Assembly: GCA_045106895.1 (NCBI GenBank)
Contig: JBGCFM010000172.1
Coordinates: 7,653 to 71,652, forward strand
Origin: Polyangiales bacterium
GTDB taxonomy: Bacteria > Myxococcota_A > Polyangia > Polyangiales > Houyiibacteriaceae
DNA: 64,000 nt
Direction of reading: 5' to 3'
Made by a program: the position numbers and the translations under genes. Positions within the stretch are counted from its first letter, which is position 1. Each line of letters starts with the position of its first letter. The notes beneath the pieces are model-generated. The model searched no databases and was not told the origin of the DNA. It worked only from the letters and a program-made list of their open reading frames with translations. This document shows, piece after piece, positions 54,732 through 62,349 of this stretch.

Positions 54732-55193
54732 ATGGCACGCGACTTACTCGACCGCCTCTACGAAAGAATGGAAGAAGATGTGGACGGCCTGGCACGTCTG
54801 CCCGAAGGCCTGCGCGCCGTGGTGGATGCTCGCTACGATGAGGTCACCGTGAGCATCGACCACGACCCCGTCGCCGAGATGATCCGGGTCAGCGTCGCCG
54901 TCACCGCCCCTGCAGGTTCCGGTCGCTCGTTCTTGGTCTGGTGTCTCGCCGCGAACGCGATGTACTGGGACGTGAAGCTTGGACTCGATGGTGGAGGCCG
55001 GCTCCTCGTTCACTCCGACCTCGACGCACACCGAGGCCTGGATATCGACGAGCTCTGCGCTTCGGTACTCGAGCGCGCAGACACCGTCGTGGACCTCCTC
55101 GACGATGACTTCGTCGAATGGATGCTGGAGCACCGCCTAGGAACTCCGTCACAACATGAGCGTTGGCTATCGCGTCCCACGGACGACGATTGA
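54732..55193 (+). CDS. small acidic cytoplasmic protein, secretion-chaperone-like (CesT/YbjN-type) by composition
   Basis: 153 aa, acidic, no TM. The pattern '...VSVAVTAP....FLVWCLAANAMYWDVKLGLD..GRLLVHSDLD' resembles chaperone-like folds. Weak assignment. Confidence 0.4.
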   Translation: MARDLLDRLYERMEEDVDGLARLPEGLRAVVDARYDEVTVSIDHDPVAEMIRVSVAVTAPAGSGRSFLVWCLAANAMYWDVKLGLDGGGRLLVHSDLDAHRGLDIDELCASVLERADTVVDLLDDDFVEWMLEHRLGTPSQHERWLSRPTDDD

Positions 55194-55209
55194 CGCGAGG
55201 GAGCAACCG

Positions 55210-55734
55210 ATGACGCATCGAATCGCTATGGTGTCCACGGGTGGGACGATCGAAAAGACCTACGACGAGTTCGACGGGATGCTCGTCAACGCGCTGTCCA
55301 ACCTCGACTTTATTCTGGCCCAGCTTGTCTTGACCGGCGTGGAGATCGTTCGTGTGCCGTTGATGAACAAAGACAGCACGGAGATGAGCGACGCGGACCA
55401 TGAGCTGATCGCGAAGACTGTGGAGCTGTACACGGCGCAGCACGATGGAGTTGTCGTCGTTCATGGCACCGACCGACTCGCCGACACCGGCGAGCGCATC
55501 GAGCAGCGGCTCGGAGTGCCGCGGGTGCCGGTCGTCCTCACCGGCGCGATGAGGCCGTTTCAGCTTCGGAATACAGATGCCATTCAAAACGTTACGGAGG
55601 CATTGCTGGCTGTACAGATCGCGCCGCCGGGCGTCTACGTCGCGATGCACAATCGGCTGCTTCCGTTTCCTGGGGCGGTGAAAGACCGTCGAAATGGAAC
55701 GTTTGTGATGGCTTCGGAGTTGGAACAGGCATGA
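55210..55734 (+). CDS. stand-alone L-asparaginase N-terminal-domain protein
   Basis: GAGGGA RBS 7 nt upstream. Catalytic motifs 'MVSTGGTIEKTY' and 'VVVVHGTDRLADTG', plus 'VVLTGAMRP'. No asparaginase C-terminal domain. Confidence 0.75.
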   Translation: MTHRIAMVSTGGTIEKTYDEFDGMLVNALSNLDFILAQLVLTGVEIVRVPLMNKDSTEMSDADHELIAKTVELYTAQHDGVVVVHGTDRLADTGERIEQRLGVPRVPVVLTGAMRPFQLRNTDAIQNVTEALLAVQIAPPGVYVAMHNRLLPFPGAVKDRRNGTFVMASELEQA

Positions 55735-55804
55735 ACGCCCTTACGCCACCCGGTATTGCAGGGACCCAGATGAGCCTTAGGTTCCCCTGCATGGGTGGGC
55801 TTCA

Positions 55805-56716
55805 ATGAGCGATTTCAATTTCCGAGAATACGTCGAATCACGCGCCGAGGGACGAATTGGAGGGACCGAAGAGTCGCGCCGCTACGCCTACAAGGGCGAC
55901 CTGGCGATGTTGCGGACGTTCAAGAAGCTTCGCTACGTGGAGCTCGTCGTCGCGGCGGTCGTACGCTCGCAGAAGTCCATCGTGACGCATGGGTTCATGG
56001 GTCGTTCGGTGCGTGTGTCACCGCGTCAGGTGCCGCGAATCTACAACATCGCCAAAGACTGCGCCGAGCGCCTCGATGTTCCGGTGCCAACTATCTACAT
56101 CGCGAACCACCCACAGATGAACGCCTACACGTTTGGGACGGATGAAGACTCATTCATCGTCGTCCACTCGAAACTCGTGGACGACTTCAGCGATGACGAG
56201 CTTCGGTTCGTGATCGGCCATGAGATGGGGCACATCCAGAATAAGCACGTCGTCTACGGGACAGCGCTGCAGCTGTTGAAATCGAACGCGACTCTGTTCT
56301 TGCGTTGGCTTGTGCCACCCGCGGAGGTCGCGCTCGCGACTTGGGCTCGCCGCGCGGAGGTCACTTGCGACCGCGCGGGGCTCCTTTGCGCGGGTGAGCT
56401 GGCCGTAGCCGAGCGCGCGTTTCTCAAGATGGCTTGTGGCTCCTCAAAGCTCTACGAAGAGCTGGATATCGAGGCGTTTCTTGAGCAGCTTGAGGCCGGG
56501 CAGTCCAAGCTCGGGCGCCTGACGGAGATGACGGCGACGCACCCGTACCTCCCGAAACGCATTCGTTCTCTTCAGCTTTTTGCGGAGAGTCAGATGTATC
56601 GAAGCGCGACCGGCCTCGGAGACGATGGCTTGGCACTTCAAGAGGTCGATGAACGCGTCGACGAGATAATCAGAATCATTGGCTCGAAGAAGACGAGCGC
56701 AGAGGGAGAAGCATGA
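55805..56716 (+). CDS. soluble M48-family zinc metallopeptidase
   Basis: 'FVIGHEMGHIQNKH' (HExxH) and a downstream 'THPYLPKRI'-type motif. No TM helices seen. Confidence 0.85.
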   Translation: MSDFNFREYVESRAEGRIGGTEESRRYAYKGDLAMLRTFKKLRYVELVVAAVVRSQKSIVTHGFMGRSVRVSPRQVPRIYNIAKDCAERLDVPVPTIYIANHPQMNAYTFGTDEDSFIVVHSKLVDDFSDDELRFVIGHEMGHIQNKHVVYGTALQLLKSNATLFLRWLVPPAEVALATWARRAEVTCDRAGLLCAGELAVAERAFLKMACGSSKLYEELDIEAFLEQLEAGQSKLGRLTEMTATHPYLPKRIRSLQLFAESQMYRSATGLGDDGLALQEVDERVDEIIRIIGSKKTSAEGEA

Positions 56717-58467
56717 CTGAGTTTTCGCAGTTGAAGAAAGACGCCCTTGCCGGGCTGCGCCAGGTAGCAGCCCTTGCGGAGGAGTCGGGGGCCAGCACTC
56801 TGGCCAAGAGTCTCCGAGAAGACCGGATTCCGCGCCTCGAGGAAGAGAAATTCCACCTCGTCGTGCTCGGCGAGTTCAATCACGGCAAGACCACGTTCGT
56901 GAACGCGCTCCTCGGAGCGCCGGTGCTTCCGATGGGCGTCACGCCTACGACGGCGGTGATCCACTGCATCTCCCACGGCAACGAGAGTCGCGCGCAAGCC
57001 TTCAGCGGCGAGGGCCCTGGCAAGGACGTCCCGTGGGATGGACTCGCACGTTACGAAGTCGATGGCGGTGCGGCGGCGGACGACGTCAAACACCTCGACC
57101 TCACGTACCCGTCGGAGTTTCTCGAGGGGGGGATTGTCCTCGTCGACACACCCGGCGTGAACGATCTCAACCAAGCTCGCGCAGAGATCACCTATGACTA
57201 CATTCCGCGCTCGGATGCTGTGCTCTTCCTCCTCGATGCCGGACAGATTCTGAAAGAGTCCGAGCGGCGATTCGTGGCGACGAAACTCCTTGCTCAGTCG
57301 CGAGACAAGGTGATCTTTGTTGTGAACAAGATGGACCTTCTCGACGAGGATGAATGCCAAGAGGCGCTCGCGTACGCCCGACTAAACCTCGGGAAGATCC
57401 TCGAAGACCCGAAGGTGTATGGCATTAGCGCGGAGAAGGCCCTCGCCGGTGACTACGCGGGGAGCGGCATGAAAGAACTCGCCGCTGATCTGAAAGTCTT
57501 TCTGCGCGATGAGCGAGGTCGCGTCCTTGTGGACAACGCCCTCGAGAGCGGTCTTCGTACGGCGAACACTCTTCGTACGGGAATCGAAGTTCAGAAACGG
57601 GCGCTCTCCATGGAGCACGCGGAGCTCGAACGACGGCTTGAGACCCTGGACGCTGACCTAGAGGGGTCCGAACAGCGAATGGCTGAGCGCACGGCTCGTA
57701 TCCGCGAGGCCGTGAGCGCGGTCAAAGCGGTGGTTCGTTCCGATGTCGAAGGCTTCGCCGAGCGCTTTGCGGTGCAGCTGCCCGCGGAGATCGAACAGAG
57801 CAACGCCAAAGACCTGCGCCAGTATCTTCAGGGCTTCGTGGAAGAGCGCTTCCGAAAGTTCGCAGAGGACGAAGCCGAAGAGGTCGCGCGGCGCCTCGAG
57901 AAGGTTGCCGAAGAAGCCATTGCTTTCGTCACCGACGAGGCGTCAGCTCAAGCAGAACGGCTTGGGGCAGCGCTCGGAGAAGATGCGCCGGAGCTTGATT
58001 TGGACGTCAACACGTTCGCATACGACGTGGGTGTATTCGCCGTCGGTGCGTTTGGGGTCACGCTGATGATGCTGAGCAACGTCGTCGTCGGTGGGGCGCT
58101 TACGCTCGCTGCGCCGGTTTTGGCGATGCTCTTTCGGGGCCGCGCCGACAAACAGGTCAAAGCGCGTGCGGCTGAGGAGGCTCCCAAGGTGGTTCACGAC
58201 GCCGCCGGCAAGATGGCGGACGCCTTCGATGCCCGAATCGATGCGTTCGGAGACAAACTTGTGGAGTTCGTGACCGAAGCGAACACGGAGATGACGCGAA
58301 GCATCGCCGAACTTGTCCGTGCTGCTCGCGACGCAAAGGCCACGGGAGAACAGACTCAGTCGGCTCTCGAGAGCGACACCGGGGAGCAGCTGGCCCGTTT
58401 GGCGGACGTGTCCACGCGCATGAGCAAGCTTCGCAAGGGCCTTTGGACCAACGGGCACGCCAAGTAG
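56713..58467 (+). CDS. bacterial dynamin-like GTPase
   Basis: ATGA overlap with the M48 gene. G1 'LGEFNHGKTTFVNALLG', G3 'VDTPGVND', G4 'VVNKMD'. Long coiled stalk. C-terminal hydrophobic hairpin 'VGVFAVGAFGVTLMMLSNVVVGGALTLAAPVLAMLF'. Confidence 0.9.
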   Translation: MTEFSQLKKDALAGLRQVAALAEESGASTLAKSLREDRIPRLEEEKFHLVVLGEFNHGKTTFVNALLGAPVLPMGVTPTTAVIHCISHGNESRAQAFSGEGPGKDVPWDGLARYEVDGGAAADDVKHLDLTYPSEFLEGGIVLVDTPGVNDLNQARAEITYDYIPRSDAVLFLLDAGQILKESERRFVATKLLAQSRDKVIFVVNKMDLLDEDECQEALAYARLNLGKILEDPKVYGISAEKALAGDYAGSGMKELAADLKVFLRDERGRVLVDNALESGLRTANTLRTGIEVQKRALSMEHAELERRLETLDADLEGSEQRMAERTARIREAVSAVKAVVRSDVEGFAERFAVQLPAEIEQSNAKDLRQYLQGFVEERFRKFAEDEAEEVARRLEKVAEEAIAFVTDEASAQAERLGAALGEDAPELDLDVNTFAYDVGVFAVGAFGVTLMMLSNVVVGGALTLAAPVLAMLFRGRADKQVKARAAEEAPKVVHDAAGKMADAFDARIDAFGDKLVEFVTEANTEMTRSIAELVRAARDAKATGEQTQSALESDTGEQLARLADVSTRMSKLRKGLWTNGHAK

Positions 58468-58591
58468 CGCGTTCTTGTCGTGTGAGGGGCCAAAAAGCCC
58501 TTCATTCGCCGGCTTAAAGGGTTGCATTGGGGTGAGGGCGGCCGGACAATGGCGGCCAGCGGCTCGTGCCGCGGTGAGGAATACGAGCGAT

Positions 58592-59932
58592 ATGTCTGAA
58601 CTCCCCGAAGCATCTGAGACGATTCGGTTTTGGCCCGCGACGGATGTGGGGCGGGTGCGAAAGGCCAACGAGGATTCATTCCTCGTCGACAAGAAGCTAA
58701 GCCTCTTCATCGTTGCCGACGGCATGGGGGGTCACGCCGCCGGTGAGGTTGCCAGCTCGATGACCTGCCGGGTTATCCGTGACGCGCTCGCGGCGGAGCG
58801 AGACGCCCTCACGACTTTTGCCCAAGGCGACAGCAGCGGTGTGGACCGTAAGGACATCCTGCGGCTCATCGAAGCGAGCATTCAAGAGGCGTGCTCCAAG
58901 GTTCACCAAGAAGGCATCATCGACGAGTCCAAGCGAGGGATGGGCACCACCGTCGATGCGCTGCTCATCGTGGGCACTCGCGGGTTCATCGGACATGTCG
59001 GGGACTCGCGAATCTACTTGTACAGGCAGGGGTCCGTTCATCAGCTCACGGAGGACCACTCCCTCGTCAACGAGCTCTTGCGTCGTGGAAAGCTGACGCG
59101 AGAGCAAATCGATAAGAGCGCTGTTCAGTACAAGAACGCTGTCACCCGCGCGGTGGGCGTGTACGCAAGCGTGGAGGTGGATGTCTTCGACTTTGATGTC
59201 CTCGCTGGAGATCGTTTCTTGCTCTGCTCCGACGGGCTGTCTGGGTATCTCGAAGAGTCCGAGCTTCCGAAGTTCTTCGAGGAGATCCCCGAGGACGACT
59301 TGGCGAAGTACCTCATCGACCTGGCCAATGAACGTGGCGGCAAGGACAACATCACCGCCGTCATCGTCAAGACGCCGGAAGACGAGGCGGGTCTCGACAA
59401 GCTCACACGTGAGGTGAATCTCAAGCTCGAGATTCTCCACCAGATGCCCTTGTTCCGCTTTGTGACGTACCAAGAGCTCGTTCGTATCTTGAACATCACG
59501 CAAGTTCGTACCTACGCCGCCCACGAGAAGGTGGTGTCCGAAGGCGAAGAGGGCGACGAACTTTTCGTTGTGCTCACAGGCGGTGTCAAAGTGCATTCCG
59601 GCGACACAACCATCGTCGAACTTGGGCCCGGACAGCACTTCGGCGAGATGGCGCTCGTCGATAAGGCGCCCCGATCCGCGAGCGTAACGGCGAAGGAAGC
59701 AACCCAGCTTATTGGCATTCGCCGCCGAGATTTCTTCGACCTTGTACGAAAAGACCACGACGTGGCCGTGAAGCTTCTGTGGAGCTTTCTGGGCTCACTC
59801 GCTCAGCGCCTGCGCACGACGTCCCGAGACTTGGGGCTCGCGAAGGAACAAATTGAGTCCGGCATCGACACACTGTTGGGCGCACCCTCACCTCACGACA
59901 TGATGGACGAAGTCACGTCCGAGTTCGAATGA
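58592..59932 (+). CDS. PP2C Ser/Thr phosphatase fused to a cyclic-nucleotide-binding domain
   Basis: PP2C: 'RKANEDSF', 'ADGMGGHAAGEVAS', 'CSDGLSG', 'GGKDNITAVIV'. cNMP: 'FGEMALVDKAPRSASVTA'. Start set at MSELPE. Confidence 0.9.
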   Translation: MSELPEASETIRFWPATDVGRVRKANEDSFLVDKKLSLFIVADGMGGHAAGEVASSMTCRVIRDALAAERDALTTFAQGDSSGVDRKDILRLIEASIQEACSKVHQEGIIDESKRGMGTTVDALLIVGTRGFIGHVGDSRIYLYRQGSVHQLTEDHSLVNELLRRGKLTREQIDKSAVQYKNAVTRAVGVYASVEVDVFDFDVLAGDRFLLCSDGLSGYLEESELPKFFEEIPEDDLAKYLIDLANERGGKDNITAVIVKTPEDEAGLDKLTREVNLKLEILHQMPLFRFVTYQELVRILNITQVRTYAAHEKVVSEGEEGDELFVVLTGGVKVHSGDTTIVELGPGQHFGEMALVDKAPRSASVTAKEATQLIGIRRRDFFDLVRKDHDVAVKLLWSFLGSLAQRLRTTSRDLGLAKEQIESGIDTLLGAPSPHDMMDEVTSEFE

Positions 59933-60927
59933 AGCGCGCCCGACGTGTGCTCTTGGCGTGCGTTGTAGGGCTGTGCCTCGGAGTGGGTTGCGGGGGCGAC
60001 GGAGACGCTTCCGAGCAAGCTGAGAGCTCGTCATCCGAAAGCTCGCCGGAGAGCTTGGAGCCTTCGCGAAGGCACCAACCAGGCACGGCCAATCCGCATG
60101 AGGCTGCGCCTCGGCGAGATGCGCTGGCTCGCGTCGCACTGGGGGGTGAACGAGGCCGAGCTTTTGATTCGGGCGCTGTTATCGTCGCTGGGTCGAGTGC
60201 CATCGCTTTGGACCTTCGAGAAGGAGCTCGGGTCAGTGTTGAGCCAGGCGCGCACGTCCGGCTCTTGGATGAAACCCCCGCACAGATAGCCGTCGCTCAG
60301 GGGCTGGTGCACGTGGTGCTTCCGCCCATGGGGAGTTCACCCCGGCCTCCGCTTCGTGTCGGGACGCCGAGCGGCACGCTCCGTGTCAATGGATCAGGAG
60401 ACGCTTGGGCGCTTGTGCTCCCTGACGGACGCGCCTGGTTTGCGGTGACCGGCGGGATGGCGGAAGTTCTCGTGCAGCGCGAAGAAGGCACCGAGTCGGT
60501 TGGACTGCATGCGGGCCAGGCCCTCGTGGCCGGGGCTGCGGAGCCGACGGCCGGGCCTGTCGGTGAGGAGGCCGCGCGCGCCGCCGCCACGCTCCTCTCC
60601 AATGGTGCGGCGGATGAAATGCCGAGCCAAGCGACGCTGGACGCTGTCGTCGTCCAGCTGGATGAGGCGGTTCGTTCGACGAGTGAGGACTACGCCCGAA
60701 GCGAAGTGCTACAACGAGCCCACCGTGAAGCGACGGAGTCCGGAGACGGCCATGAGGCGCTTCAGGCCATCGTACGCTTCAGCCAAGAGACGCAGGTGAG
60801 GCGCGACTCGCTGCTCCTTGTGTACGAGCGAGTTCGCTCCCTCGCGCTGCGACGCGGAGTGACGCCGGACCCGGGGTCCGTTCGTAGACTTGCTGTTCGA
60901 GCGGCTCTGCGGCGCTCCGACGACTAA
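59929..60927 (+). CDS. FecR-domain-like lipoprotein
   Basis: ATGA overlap with the PP2C gene. Lipobox 'LCLGVGC'. Beta-rich region 'REGARVSVEPGAHVRLL...GTLRVNGSGDAW'. Confidence 0.55.
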   Translation: MKRARRVLLACVVGLCLGVGCGGDGDASEQAESSSSESSPESLEPSRRHQPGTANPHEAAPRRDALARVALGGERGRAFDSGAVIVAGSSAIALDLREGARVSVEPGAHVRLLDETPAQIAVAQGLVHVVLPPMGSSPRPPLRVGTPSGTLRVNGSGDAWALVLPDGRAWFAVTGGMAEVLVQREEGTESVGLHAGQALVAGAAEPTAGPVGEEAARAAATLLSNGAADEMPSQATLDAVVVQLDEAVRSTSEDYARSEVLQRAHREATESGDGHEALQAIVRFSQETQVRRDSLLLVYERVRSLALRRGVTPDPGSVRRLAVRAALRRSDD

Positions 60928-60954
60928 CGAACGAAGTCGTGTAGCGCGAGCGGT

Positions 60955-62310
60955 CTAGAACTGAGCTGTGGCTTCGATGAAGATGCGTGTTCGAAGGCTG
61001 CCGGACTGCTGGAAGCGGTTTCCGGGGAGGTCGAGGACCGGCCGATGATGGCTGTTGATGATGCCCTCGGTGCAGCCGCCGATTCGGGAGTCCGTGGCGC
61101 TGCTCGGGGTGACACGTGGGTTGCACGCGTCTGTGACGGTAATGAGGTGAGATGTGATGTAGTCGAAGTCCGCGCCGAAGCGAAAACGCACATAGCGTGC
61201 CGCTTGCAACTCAAGGGCGAGGGTGCCGCCGAACTCGCCGTGATCCTGGACGTCCGTAAGGCCGTTGAAAGGCGTGTCGCGGAGCGCCGTCGAGCCTGGA
61301 ATACCTTCGAGGCTGGGAATCGTGAGGTAGGGGTTTGAGGAGGTGCCGAAGGCGTCATAGAGGGGAGAATAGTCTCGGCCCTCCGACACGTAGGTGGCGC
61401 GTGCTCGCACATCGACGCTGAAACGCTGCCAGCTTCCTCGGTGCTCCCACGGGATGAACGCGGCGCCCGCCGTGAAAGAGCCTCTCATGGGGGGGCGACG
61501 GTTTTGGTAACCAGACAGCCGTCCATTGGGTGAAAACTGTTCTTCGGCGCGGCCTGCCCAAGCGAACTCGTATCCAATGCCGGAGAAGAGCTCGGCGAAA
61601 CGGAAACGTTTCGAGAGACGCGACTCAAAACGAATCGCGTGCGTGCCTGTGGAAACGCCGCTGTCGCACGGCTGATCGGCTTCACATGCGCTGAGCAGTG
61701 TGCCGATGCCAAAGCGTCCTTCGAGGAGCATGGTCCAGGTTGGCAGGTCGCGGCGCCGGTGTTGGTTCATGAGGCTGAATGCAAACCCAGCGGACACCGT
61801 GTCTACGCCCGAGCGGGTCGGAGACTCAAAGGGCAAACCGAAGACAGGTTGGTCGGCCTCGCCGGGGACCTGCGTAAGAAGACGGGCATCCACTTCCGCG
61901 GGAGCGGGGGTTCCGGGGTACGCGACGTTCCGTGTGTCGCTCAACACCAGAGGAAGCCGGGCGAAGAACATGACGTCGTGATAGAGGCCGATGTCGAGAC
62001 CAAGCTCAAGTTCGTTGCGTGTGTGCGTGAACTCGCCGATGTCGACAAGGTTCTGGCTGGCGCGTCCGTCCGCTGGGCCGACGCCGGGCTCTCTGCTTAG
62101 AGTTCCCGTCGTTTGAGTTCGACGAAAGGCCACGTGCACATTGAGGTCGAAGGGGTCCCCTTCGTCCGCCGCGTCAGCCACATCGGTGAAGGAGAACGGC
62201 TCTGCGAAGAGTCGCAAGTCGTCGTCTTGCGCACGGGCATTCGACGATGCGGTGGCAATGAGCCCGATGAGGACGGCGCCGATCACACGGAAGTAAGAGG
62301 AAGGCGGCAT
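60955..62310 (-). CDS. putative outer-membrane beta-barrel protein
   Basis: Signal peptide 'VIGAVLIGLIATASSNARA', alternating strand pattern, and C-terminal '...FIEATAQF' (terminal Phe). Confidence 0.5.
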   Translation of the reverse strand: MPPSSYFRVIGAVLIGLIATASSNARAQDDDLRLFAEPFSFTDVADAADEGDPFDLNVHVAFRRTQTTGTLSREPGVGPADGRASQNLVDIGEFTHTRNELELGLDIGLYHDVMFFARLPLVLSDTRNVAYPGTPAPAEVDARLLTQVPGEADQPVFGLPFESPTRSGVDTVSAGFAFSLMNQHRRRDLPTWTMLLEGRFGIGTLLSACEADQPCDSGVSTGTHAIRFESRLSKRFRFAELFSGIGYEFAWAGRAEEQFSPNGRLSGYQNRRPPMRGSFTAGAAFIPWEHRGSWQRFSVDVRARATYVSEGRDYSPLYDAFGTSSNPYLTIPSLEGIPGSTALRDTPFNGLTDVQDHGEFGGTLALELQAARYVRFRFGADFDYITSHLITVTDACNPRVTPSSATDSRIGGCTEGIINSHHRPVLDLPGNRFQQSGSLRTRIFIEATAQF

Positions 62311-62329
62311 CCTGGGCAGACTACGAAAG

Positions 62330-62347
62330 TTGACCCGCAGGGGTCAA
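62330..62347 (-). terminator. hairpin immediately after the stop of the Kelch-like gene (weak terminator candidate)
   Basis: TTGACCC-GCAG-GGGTCAA (7-bp perfect stem). On the minus strand it is followed by CTTTCG only. Confidence 0.35.
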
Positions 62348-62349
62348 TC

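Noticed and set aside
56713-58467. Calling the dynamin-like gene part of a known Leo/Eleos-type or DynA-type system.
   Set aside because: Only one DLP is present, without a second DLP or LeoB/C-like partners. The neighbours are different (M48, PP2C-cNMP), so a known-system label is not supportable.
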